Position numbers and translations under genes: made by a program. A model generated the notes under the pieces. That model had not been told where the DNA came from. It did no database searches and saw only the letters and a list, made by a program, of their open reading frames with translations. Below are positions 14,801-28,299 of a stretch of 64,000 bases of DNA, piece by piece (the first letter of the stretch is position 1; every line of letters begins with the position of its first letter). The stretch lies in NCBI RefSeq assembly GCF_009914755.1, contig NC_060933.1, one strand, 5' to 3'. This stretch comes from the human T2T-CHM13v2.0 reference genome, Homo sapiens.

Positions 14801-16649
14801 TAGAATCAATCCGAAAGTAATGGAATGGAATGCAACGGAATGGAATGGAATGGAATGGAATGCAATGGAATGGAATCAACCCGAGTACAATGGAATGGAA
14901 TGGAATGGAATGGAATGGAATGGAATGCCTTCAAACCGAATGGAATGGAAAGGAATGGAATCAACACGAGTGGAATGGAATGGAATGGAATGGAATGGAA
15001 TGGAATGGAACGATACGGAATAGAATGGAATGGAACGAAATGGAATGGAATGGAATGGAATGGAATGGAATGGAATGGAATGGAATCGTTCCGAGTTGAA
15101 TAGGAGGGAATGTATTCGAGTGGAATGGAAAGGAATGGAATCAACCAGAGTGGAATGGAAGGGAATGGAATGGAATGGAAACTAATAGAATGGAATCAAC
15201 CCGAGTGGAATGGAATGGAAAAGACTGGAATGGAAAGGAATGGAATGGAATGGAATGGAACGGAAAGGAATGGAATGGAATGGAATGGAATGGAATGGAA
15301 TGGAATGGAATGGAATGGAATCAACGCGAGTGCAGGGGAATGGAATGGAATGGAATGCAATGGAATGGAATCTTCCGGAATGGAATAGAATTGAATGGAA
15401 TGGAATGGAATGGAATGGAATAAACCCGAGTGCAATGGAATGGAGTGGAATGGAATGGAATGGAATGGAACAACCCGAATGGAATGGAATGTAATGGAGA
15501 CTAAGGGAGTTGAATAGAATCAATCCGAATGTAATGGAATGGTATGGAAGGGAATGGAATTGAATGGAATGGAATGGAATGCAATGGAATGGAATCAACC
15601 CGAGTGCAATGGAATGGAGAGGAATGGAATGGAAACTACCCGAATGGAATGGAATGTAATGGAGTGTAAGGGAATTGAATAGAATCAATCCGAATGTAAT
15701 GGAATGGAAAGGAACGGAATGGAATGGAATGGTATGGAATGGAATGGAATGGAATGGAATGCAATGGAATGGAATCAACCCGAGTGCAACCGAATGGAAT
15801 CGAATGGAATGGAATGCAATGGAATGGATTCAACTTGAATGGAATGGAAAGAATGAAATCAACACGAGTGGAAGGGCATGGATTGGAATGCAATGGAATG
15901 GAATCAACCCGAGTACAGGGGAATGGAATGGAATGGAATGCAATGGAATGGAATCATCCGTAATGGAATGGAAAGGAATGGAATGGAATGGAATGGAATG
16001 GAATGGAATGGAATGGAATCAACACGATTGCAATCGAATGGAATGGAATGGAATTAATCTGAATAGAATGGAATGGAATGGAATGGAACGGAACGGAACG
16101 GAATGGAATGGAATGGAACAGAACGGAACGGAACGGAACGGAACGGAATGGAATGGAATGGAATGGAATGGAATCAACGCGAGTGCAGGGGAATGGAATG
16201 GAATGGAATGCAATGGAATGGAATCTTCCGGAATGGAATGGAATGGAATGGAATGGAATGAAATGCAACGGATTCAACTCGATTGCAATGGAATGGAATA
16301 GAATGGAATGGAATGGAATGGAATGGAATAAACCCGAATAGAATGGAATGGAATGGAATGGAACGGAATGGAACGGAATGGAATGGAATGGAATGGAATG
16401 GTATGGAATGGAATGGAATGGTACGGAATAGAATGGAATGGAACGAATTGTAATGGAATGGAATTGAATGGAATGGAATGGAATGGAATGGAATCAACGC
16501 GAGTGCAGGGGAATGTAATGGAACGGAATGCAATGGAATGGAATCATCCGGAATGGAATGGAATGGAATGGAATGGAATGGAATGGAATGGAATCAACCC
16601 GAGTGCAATGGAATGGAGTGGAATGGAATGGAATGGAATGGAATGGAAT

Positions 16650-16840
16650 GGAATGCAAAGGAATGGAATCAACCCGAGTGGAATGGCATGGAATGGAATG
16701 CAATGGAATGGAATGGAATGGAATGGAATGGAATGGAATGGAATGGAATGGAATGCAAAGGAATGGAATCAACCCGAGTGGAATGGCATGGAATGGAATG
16801 CAATGGAATGGAATGGAATGGAATGGAATGGAATGGAATG
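16650..16840 (+). repeat. 100-bp local tandem duplication
   Basis: GCAAAGGAATGGAATCAACCCGAGTGGAATGGCATGG at ~16655 and ~16755. Confidence 0.85.
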
Positions 16841-16909
16841 GAAAGGAATGGAATGGAATGGAATGGAATGGAATGGAATGAAATGGAATGGCATGGAATG
16901 GAATGGAAT

Positions 16910-17320
16910 CAACCCGAGTTCAATGGAATTGAATGGAATGGAATGGAATGGAATGGAATGGAATCAACTCGATTGCAATGGAATGGAATGGAATGGGATG
17001 GAATGGAATGGAATGGAATGGAATGAAATTAACCCTAATAGAATGGAATGGAATGGAATGGAATGGAAAAGAATGGAATGGAAGGGAATGGAATGGAATG
17101 GAATGGAATGGAATTAACCCGAGTTCAATGGAATTGAATGGAATGGAATGGAATGGAATGGAATGGAATCAACTCGATTGCAATGGAATGGAATGGAATG
17201 GGATGGAATGGAATGGAATGGAATGGAATGGAATTAACCCTAATAGAATGGAATGGAATGGAATGGAATGGAATAGAATGGAATGGAAGGGAATGGAATG
17301 GAATGGAATGGAATGGAATT
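16910..17320 (+). repeat. 205-bp local tandem duplication
   Basis: GAGTTCAATGGAATTGAA (~16916/17121), GGGATGG (~16995/17200), AACCCTAATAG (17031/17236). Confidence 0.85.
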
Positions 17321-17599
17321 AACCCGAATAGAATGGAATGGAATGGAATGGAATGGAATGGAATGGAATGGAATCAACTCGATTTCAATGGAATGGAATG
17401 GAATGGAATGGAATGCAATGGAAGGGAATGGAATGGAATGGAATGAAATTAACCCGAATATAATGGAATGGAATGGAATGGAATGGAATGGAATAGAATG
17501 GAATCCACCCGAGTGCAAGGGAATGGAATGGAATGGAATGCAATGGAATGGAATCATACGGAATGGAATGGAATGGAATGGAATGCAATGGAATGGAAT

Positions 17600-20500
17600 G
17601 GAATCACCCGATTGAAATGGAATGGAGTGGAATGGAATGGAATGGAATGGAAACAACCCGAAAGGAATGGAATGTAATGGAGAGTAAGGGAATTGAATAG
17701 AATCAATACGAATGTAATGGAATGGAATGGAACGGAATGGAATGCAATGAAATGGAATGGAATGCAATGGAATGGGATCAACCCGAGTGAAATGGAATGG
17801 AATCGAAAGGAATGGAATGGAATGGAATGGTTTCAACCCGAATGGAATGGAAAGGAATGGAATCAACCCGAGTGGAATGCAATGGAATGGAATGGAATGG
17901 AATGGGTTCAACTCGAATGGAATGGAAAGGAATGGAATCAACCCGAGTGGAATGGCATGGAATGGAATGGAATGGAATGGAAGGGAATGGAATGGAATGG
18001 AATTAACCTGAAGAGAATGGAAGGGAATGGAATGGAACGGAACGGAATGGAATGGAATGGAATGGAATGGAATGGAATGCAATGGAATGGGATCAACCCG
18101 AGTACAGGGGAATGGAATGCAATGGAATGCAATGGAATGGAATCATCCCGAATGGAATGGAATGGAATGGAATGCAATGGAATGGAATCAATCAACCCGA
18201 GTGCAATAGAATGCAGTGGAATGGAATGGAATGGTATGGAAACTACCCGAATGGAATAGAATGTAATGGAGTGTAAGGGAATTAAAAAGAATCAATCCGA
18301 ATGTAATGGAATTGAATGGAACGGAATGGAAAGGAATGGAATGGAATGGAATGGAATGGAATTAACCGGAATAGAATGGAAAGGAATGGAATGGAATGGA
18401 ATGGAATGGAATGGAATGGAATGGAACGGAAAAGAATGGAATGGAAGGAAATGGAATGGAATGAAATGGAATGGAATGGAATGGAATGGAATGGAATGGA
18501 ATGGAATCAACCCGAGTGCAGGGGAATGGAATGGAATTGAAGGCAATGGAATGGAATCATCCGGAATTGAATGGAATGGAATGGAATCAACTCCATTGCA
18601 ATGGAATGCAATGGAATGCAATGGAATGGAATGGAATGGAATGGAATGGAATGGAATGGAATGGAATGGAATGGAATTAACCCGAATAGAATGGAATTGA
18701 ATGGAATGGAATGGAATGGAAGTAAATGGAATGGAATGGAATGAACCCGAGGGCAGGGGAATGGAATGGAATGGAATGCAATGGAATGGAGTCATCCGGA
18801 ATGGAACAGAAAGGAATGGAATGGAATCAACCCGTGTGCAATGGAAAGGAAAGGAATGGAATGGAATGGAAAGGAATGGAATGGAATGGAATGGAATGGA
18901 ATGGATTCAACCCGAATGGAATGGAAAGGAAGGGAATCAACCCAAGTGGAATGGCATGGAATGGAATGGAATGGAATGGAATGGAATGGTACCGAATAGA
19001 ATGGAATGGAACGAAATGGAATAGAATGGAATGGAATGGTATGGAAACAAACCGAATGGAATGGAATGAAATGGAGTGTAAGGGAATTGAATACAATCAA
19101 TCCGAATGTAATGGAATGGAATGGAACGGAATAGAATGGAATGGAATGGAATGCAGTGGAATGGAATCAAACCTAGTGCAATGGAATGGAATGGAATGGA
19201 ATGGAATGGAATGGAATGGAATGGATTCAACCCAAATGGAATGGAAAGCAATGGAATCAACCCGAGTGGAATGGCATGGAATGGAATGGAACGGAATGGA
19301 ATGGAATGGAATGGAATGGAATGGAATGGTACGGAATAGAATGGAATGGAACGAAATGGAATGGAATGGAATGGAATGGAACGGAAAGGAATGGAATGGA
19401 TTCAACTCGAATGGAATGGAAAGGAATGGAATCAACCCGAGTGGAATAGCATGGATTGGAATGGAAAGGAATGGAATGGAATGGTACGGAATAGAGTGGA
19501 ATGGAACGAAATGGAATGGAATGGAATGGAATGGAATGGAATGGAATGGAATGGAATCAACCCGAGTGCAGGGGAATGGAGTGGAATGGAAGGCAATGGA
19601 ATGTAATCATCCGGAATGGAATGGAATGGAATGGAATGGAATGGAATGGAATGGAATCAACCTGAGTGCAGGGGAATGGAATGCAATGGAATGCAATGGA
19701 ATGGAATGGAATGGAATGCAATGGAAACAACTCGATTGCAATGGAATGGAATGGAAAGGAATGGAATGGAATGGAATGGAATTAACCTGAACAGAATGGA
19801 ATGGAATGGAATGGAATGGAACGGAATGGAATGGAATGGAATGGAATGGAATCAACCCGAGTGCAGGGGAATGGAATGGAATGGAATGCAATGGAATGGA
19901 TTCATCCGGAATGGAATGGAATGGAATGGAATGCAATGGAATAGAATCAATCAACCCGAGTGCAATGCAATGGAGTGGAATGGAATGGAATGGAACGGAA
20001 ACTACCCGAATGGAATGGAATGTAATGGAGTGTAAGGGAATTGAAAAGAATCAATCCGAATGTAATGGAATGGAATGGAACGGAATGAAATGGAATGGCA
20101 TGGAATGGAATGGAATCAACCCGAGTTCAATGGAATGGAATTGAACGGAATGGAATGGAAAGGAATGGATTCAACCCGAATGGAATGGAAAGGAATGGAA
20201 TGGAATGGAAAGGAATGGTACGGAATAGAATAGAATGGAAAGAAATGGAATGGAATGGAATGGAATGGAATGGAATGGACCCGTGTGCAATGGATTGGAA
20301 TGGAATGGAATGGAATGGAATGGAATGGAATGGAATGGAATGGTTTCAACTCGAATGGAATGGAAAGGAATGGAATCAACCCGAGTGGAATGGCATGGAA
20401 TGGAATGGAATGGAATGGAATGGAAAGGAATGGAATAGAATGAAATGGAATGGAATGGAATGGAATGGAAACAACACGAGTGCAATGTAATGGAATCGAG

Positions 20501-20860
20501 TGGAATGGAATTGAATGGATAGGAATGGATTCAATCCGAATGGAATGGAAAGGAATGGAATAAACCCGAGAGGAATAGCATGGAATGGAGTGGAATGGAA
20601 TGGAATGGAATGGAATGGTATGGAATAGAATGGAATGGAACTAAATGGAATGGAATGGAATGGAATGGAATGGAATGGAATAGAATGAACCCGTGTGTAA
20701 TGGAATGGAATCGAATGGAATGGAATGGAATGGAATGGATTCAACTCGAATGGAATAGAAAGGAATGGAATCAACCCGAGTGGAATAGCATGGATTGGAA
20801 TGGAAAGGAATGGAATGGAATGGTACGGAATAGAGTGGAATGGAACGAAATGTAATGGAA
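17600..20860 (+). repeat. Dialect-B satellite sub-domain 1
   Basis: Contains ATTGAAGGCA, CCGGAATTGA, AGTAAATGGA, CCCGTGTGCA, ACCTAGTGCA and CCTGAACAGA. Lacks CTTCCGG, CAACGCGAGTGC and GGAAAGAATGG. Confidence 0.7.
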
Positions 20861-23659
20861 TGGAATGGAATGCAATGGAATGGAATGGAGAGTAAGAGAG
20901 TTGAATAGAAACAGTCCGAATGTAATGGAATGGAATGCAACGCGATGGAATGGAATGGAATGGAATGGAATGCAATGGAATGGAATCAACCCGAGTACAA
21001 TGGAATGGAATGGAATGGAATGGAATGGAATGGAATTGAATGGAATGGAATGCCTTCAAACCGAATGGAATGGAAAGGAATTGAATCAACAAGAGTGGAA
21101 TGGAATGGAATGGAATGGAAAGGAATTGAATTGAATGGAATGGTACGGAATAGAATGGAATGGAAGGAAATGGAATGGAATGGAATGGAATGGAATGGAA
21201 TGGAATGGAATGGTTCCAAGTGGAATAGGAGGGAATGTATTCGAGTGGAATGGAAAGGAATGGAATCAACCAGAGTGGAATGGAAGGGAATGGAATGGAA
21301 TGGAAACTAATAGAATGGAATCAACCCGAGTGGAATGGAATGGAAAGGACTGGAATGGAATGGAATGGAATGGAATGGAATGGAATCAACTCGATTGTAA
21401 TAGAATGGAATGGAATGGAATGGAATGGAATGAAATGGCATGGAATGGAATTAACCCGAATACAATGGAATGGAATGGAATGGAAGGGAATGGAGTGGAA
21501 TGGAATGGAATCAACCCGAGTGCAGGGAAATGGAATGGAATGGAATGCAATGGAATGGAATCATCCGGAATGGAATGGAATGGAATGGAATGGAATGCAA
21601 AGCAATGGAATCAACTCGATTGCAATGGAATGGAATGGAATGGAAAGGAATAGAATGGAATCAACCCGAGTGGAATGGAATGGAAAGGACTGGAATGGAG
21701 TGGAATGGAATGGAATGGAATGGAATGGAATCAACTCGATTGGAATGGAATGGAATGGAATGGAATGGAATGGAATGGAATCAACTCGATTGCAATCGAA
21801 TGGAATGGAATGGAATTAACCCGAATAGAATGGAATGGAATGGAATGGAACGGAACGGAATGGAATGGAATGGAATGGAATGAAATGGAACGGAACGGAA
21901 CGGAACGGAATGGAATGGAAAGGAATGGAATGGAATGGAATCAACGCGAGTGCAGGGGAATGGAATGGAATGGAATGCAATGGAATGGAATCTTCCGGAA
22001 TGGAATGGAATGGAATGGAATGGAATGAAATGCAATGGATTCAACTCGATTGCAATGGAATGGAATGGAATTGAATGAAATGCAATGGATTCAACTCGAT
22101 TGCAATCGAATGGAATAGATTGGAATGGAATGGAATGGAATGGAATGGAATGGAATGGAATGGAATGGAATTAACCCGAATAGAATGGAATGGAATGGAA
22201 TGGAACGGAATGGAACGAAATGGAATGGAATGGAATGGAATAGAATGGAATGGTATGGAATGGAATGGAATGGTACGGAATAGAATGGAATGGAACGAAT
22301 TGTAATGGAATGGAATTGAATGGAATGGAATGGAATGGAATGGAATGGAATCAACGCGAGTGCAGGGGAATGTAATGGAACGGAATGCAATGGAATGGAA
22401 TCATCCGGAATGGAATGGAATGGAATGGAAAGGAATGGAATCAACCCGAGTGCAATGGAATGGAGTGGAATTGAATGGAATGGAATGGAACAACCCGAAT
22501 GGAATGGAATGGAATGGAGAGTAAGGGAGTTGAATAGAATCAATCCGAATGTAATGGAATGGAATGCAACGGATTGGAATAGAATGGAATGGGATGGAAT
22601 GCAATGGAATGGAATCAACCCGAGTACAATGGAATGGAATGGAATGGAATGGAATGGAATGGAATGGAATGGAATGCCTTTAAACCGAATGGAATGGAAA
22701 GGAATGGAATCAACACGAGTGGAATGGAATGGAATGGAATGGAACAACCCGAATGGAACGGAATGTAATGGACAGTAAGGGAGTTGAATAGAATCAATCC
22801 GAATGTAATGGAATGGAATGGAACGGAATGGAATTGAATGGAATGGAATGGAATGCAATGGAATGGAATCAACCCGAGAGCAATGGAATGGAGAGGAATG
22901 GAATGGAATGGAATGGAAACTACCCGAATGGAATGGAATGTAATGGAGGGTAAGGGAATTGAATAGAATCAATCCGAATGTAATGGAATGGAATGGAACG
23001 GAATGGAATGGAATGGAATGGAATGGAATGGAATGCAATGTAATGGAATCAACCCGAGTGCAATTGAATGGAATCGAATGGAATGGAATGCAATGGAATG
23101 GATTCAACTTGAATGGAATGGAAAGAATGGAATCAACACGAGTGGAATGGCATGGATTGGAATGGAATGGAATGGAATCAACCCGAGTACAGGGGAATGG
23201 AATGGAATGGAATGCAATGGAATGGAATCATCCGTAATGGAATGGAAAGGAATGGAATGGAATGGAATGGAATGGAATGGAATCAACTCGACTGCAATCG
23301 AATGGAATGGAATGGAATTAACCCGAATAGAATGGAATGGAATGGAATGGAACGGAACGGAATGGAATGGAATGGAATGGAATGGAATGGAATGGAATTG
23401 AACGGAACGGAATGGAATGGAATGGAATGGAATGGAATGGAATGGAATCAACGCGAGTGCAGGGGAATGGAATGGAATGGAATGCAATGGAATGGAATCT
23501 TCCGGAAAGGAATGGAATGGAATGGAATGGAATGAAATGCAATGGATTCAACTCGATTGCAATGGAATGGAATAGAATGGAATGGAATGGAATGGAATGG
23601 AATTAATCCGAATAGAATGGAATGGAATGGAATGGAACGGAATGGAATGGAACGGAATG

Positions 23660-26600
23660 GAATGGAATGGAATGGAATGAACCCGTGTGCAATGGAATGG
23701 AATGGAATGTAATGAAATCAACCCGAGTGCAATGGAATGGAATGGAATGGAAAGGAATGGAATGGAATGGATTCAACCCGAATGGAATGGAAAGGAACGG
23801 AATCAACCCGAGAGGAATGGCATGGAATGGAATGGAATGGAATGGAGTGGAATGGTACGGAATAGAATGTAATGGAACGAAACGGAATGGAATGGAATGG
23901 AATGGAATGGAATGGAATCATTCCGAGTGGAATAGAAGGGAATGTTTTCGAGTGGAATGAAAAGGAATGGTATCAACCAGAGTGGAATGGAATGGAATCG
24001 AATGGAATGGAAAGGAATAGAATGGAATCAACCCGAGTGGAATGGAATGGAAAGGAATGGAATGGAATGGAATGGAATGGAATGGAATGGAATGGAATGG
24101 AATAGAATGGAAAGGAATCACCCCAAGTGCAGGGGAATTTAATGGAATGGAATGCAGTGGAATGGAATCATCCGGAATGGAATGGAATGGAATGGAATGG
24201 AACGGAATGGAATGGAATCAACTCGATTTCAATGGAATGGAAAGGAATGGAATGGAATGGAATGCAATGGAATCGTACGGAATAGAATGGAATGGAACGA
24301 AATGTAATGTAATGTAATGTAATGGAATGGAATGGAATGGAATGGAATGGAATGGAACGGAATGGAATGGAATGGGTTCAACTCGAATGGAATGGAAAGG
24401 AATGGAATCAACACGAGTGGAATGGCATGGAATGGAATGGAATTGAATGAAATGGAATGGAATGGAATCGAATGAAATCTAATGGAATGGAAAGGAATGG
24501 AATCAACACGAGTGGAATGGCATGGAATGGAATGGAATTGAATGAAATGGAATGGAATGGAATGGAATGAAATGTAATGGAATGGAATGGAATGGAATCA
24601 ACCCGAGTGCAATGTAATGGAATGGAATGGAATGGATTCAACCCGAATGGAATTAAAAGGAATGGAATATACCCGAGTGGAATGGCATGGAATGGAGTGG
24701 AATGGAATGGAATGGAATGGTACGGAATAGAATGGAATGTAACGAAATGGAATGGAAGGGAATGGAATGGAATGGAATGGAATGAACCCGTGTGCAATGG
24801 AATGGAATGGAATGGAATGGAATGGAATGGAATGGATTCAACTCTAATGGAATGGAAGGGAATGGAATCAAAGCGAGTGGAATGGCATGGAATGGAATGG
24901 AATGGAATGGAATGGAATGGAGTGGAATGGAATGGTACGGAATAGAATGGAATGGAAAGAAATGGAATGGAATGAAATGGAATGGAATGGAATGGAATGG
25001 AATGGAATGGAATGGAATGGAATGGAATGGAATGGAATGGAATGGAATTAACCCGAATAGAATGGAATGGAATGGAATGGAATGGAATGGAATGGAATGG
25101 AATGGTACGGAATAGAATGGAATGGAACGAAATGGAATGGAATGAAATGGAATGGAATGGAATGGAATGGAATCAACCCGACTGCAAGGGAATGGAATGG
25201 AATTGAAGGCAATGGAATGGAATCATCCGGAATTGAATGGAATGGAATGGAATCAACTCGATTGCAATGGAATGGAATGGAATGGAATGGAATGGAATGA
25301 AATGGAATGGAATGGAATTAACCCGAATAGAATGGAATGGAATGGAATGGAATGGAATGGAATGGAAGTAAATGGAATGGAATGTAATGAACCCGAGTGC
25401 AGGGGAATGGAATGGGATGGAATGCAATGGAATGGAGTCATCCGGAATGGAACAGAAAGGAATGGAATGGAATGAACCCGTGTGCAATGGAATGGAATCG
25501 AATGGAATGGAATGGAATGGAATGGATTCAACTCTAATGGAATGGAAGGGAATGGAATCAACGCGAGTGGAATGGCATGGAATGGAATGGAATGGAAAGG
25601 AATGGAATGGAGTGGAATGGAATGGTACGGAATAGAATGGAATGGAACGAAATGGAATGGAATGAAATGGAATGGAATGGAATGGAATGGAATGGAATGG
25701 AATGGAATCAACCCGAGTGCAGGGGAATGGAATGGAATTGAAGGCAATGGAATGGAATCATCCGGAATTGAATGGAATGGAATGGAATGAACTCGATTGC
25801 AATGGAATGGAATGGAATGTAATGGAATGGAATGGAATGGAATGGAATGGAACGGAATTAACCCGAATAGAATGTAATGGAATGGAATGGAATGGAATGG
25901 AATGGTACGGAATAGAATGGAATGGAACCAAATGGAATGGAATGAAATGGAATGGAATGGAATGGAATGGAATGGAATCAACCCGACTGCAGGGGAATGG
26001 AATGGAATTGAAGGCAATGGAATGGAATCATCCGGAATTGAAAGGAATGGAATGGAATCAACTCGATTGCAATGGAATGGAATGGAATGGAATGGAATGG
26101 AATGGAATGGAATGGAATGGAATGGAATGGAATTAACCCGAATAGAGTGGAATGGAATGGAATGGAATGGAATGGAATGGAATGGAAGTAAATGGAATGG
26201 AATGTAATGAACCCGAGTGCAGGGGAATGGAATGGAATGGAATGCAATGGAATGGAGTCATCCGGAAAGGAACAGAAAGGAATGGAATGGAATCAACCCG
26301 TGTGCAATGGAATGGAAAGGAATGGAATGGAATGGAATGGAATGGAATGAAATGGAATGGATTCAACCCGAATGGAATGGAAAGGAAGGGAATCAACCCA
26401 AGTGGAATGGCATGGAATGGAATGGAATGGAATGGAATGGAATGGTACCGAATAGAATGGAATGGAACCAAATGGAATAGAATGGAATGGAATGGAATGG
26501 AATCAACCCGAGTGCAATGGAATGGAGTGGAATGGAATGGAATGGAATGGAAACAACCCGAATGGAATGGAATGAAATGGAGTGTAAGGGAATTGAATAC

Positions 26601-26820
26601 AATCAATCCGAATGTAATGGAATGGAATGGAACGGAATGGAATGGAATGGAATGGAATGCAGTGGAATGGAATCAAACCTAGTGCAATGGAATGGAATGG
26701 AATGGAATGGAATGGAATGGAATGGATTCAATCCAAATGGAATGGAAAGCAATGGAATCAACCCGAGTGGAATGGCATGGAATGGAATGGAATGGAATGG
26801 AATGCAATGGAATGGAGTCA
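23660..26820 (+). repeat. Dialect-B satellite sub-domain 2
   Basis: Same B-specific words. No register slip between ~23115 and ~26920. Confidence 0.75.
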
Positions 26821-28299
26821 TCCGTAATGGAATGGAAAGGAATGGAATGGAATGGAATGGAATGGAATGGAATGGAATGGAATGGAATCAACTCGATGGC
26901 AATCGAATGGAATGGAATGGAATTACCCGAATAGAATGGAATGGAAAGGAATGGAACGGAATGGAATGGAATGGAATGGAATGGAATGGAATCAACGCGA
27001 GTGCAGGGGAATGGAATGGAATGAAATGCAATGGAATGGAATCTTCCGGAATGGAATGGAATGGAATGGAATGGAATGAAAGGCAATGGATTCAACTCGA
27101 TTGCAATGCAATGGAATAGAATGGAAGGGAATGGAATGGAATAGAATTGAATTGAATGGAATGGAATGCCTTCAAACCGAATGGAATGGAAAGGAATGGA
27201 ATCAACACGAGTGGAAAGGAATGGAATGGAAAGGAATGGAATGGAATGGAATGGTACGGAATAGAACGGAATGGAACGAACTAGAATGGAATGGAATGGA
27301 ATGGAATGGAATGGAATGGAATGGAATCGTTCGGAGTGGAATAGGAGGGAATGTATTCGAGTGGAATGGAAAGGAATGGAATCAACCAGAGTGGAATGGA
27401 AGGGAATGGAATGGAATGGAAACTAATAGAATGGAATCAACCCGAGTGGAATGGAATGGAAACGACTGGAATGGAATGGAATGGAATGGAATGGAATGGA
27501 AGGGAATCAACTCGGTTGTAATGGAATGGAATGGAATGGAATGGAATGGAATGGAATGGAATGGAATTAACCCGAATACAATGGAATGGAATGGAATGGA
27601 ACCAAATGGAGTGGAATGGAATGGAATCAACCCGAGTGTAATGGAATGGAAAGGACTGGAATGGAGTGGAATGGAATGGAATGCAATGGAATGGAATCAA
27701 CTCGATTGGAATGGAATGGAATGGAATGGAATGCAATGGAATGGAATCTTCCGGAATGGAATGGAATGGAATGGAATGGAATGGAATAAACCCGAGTGCA
27801 ATGGAATGGAGTGGAATGGAATGGAATGGTATGGAACAACCCGAATGGAATGGAATGTAATGGAGAGTAAGGGAGTTGAATAGAATCAATCCGAATGGAA
27901 TGGAATGGAATGGAACGGAATGGAATTGAATGGAATGGAATGGAATGCAATGGAATGGAATCAACCCGAGTGCAATGGAATGGAGAGGAATGGAATGGAA
28001 TGGAATGGAAACTACCCGAATGGAATGGAATGTAATGGAGTGTAAGGGAATTGAATAGAATCAATCCGAATGTAATGGAATGGAATGGAACGGAATGGAA
28101 TGGAATGGAATGGAATGGAATGGAATGCAATGGAATGGAATCAACCCGAGTGCAATCGAATGGAATCGAATTGAATGGAATGCAATGGAATGGATTCAAC
28201 TTGAATGGAATGGAAAGAATGGAATCAACACGAGTGGAAGGGCATCGATTGGAATGCAATGGAATGGAAACAACCCGAGTACAGGGGAATGGAATGGAA

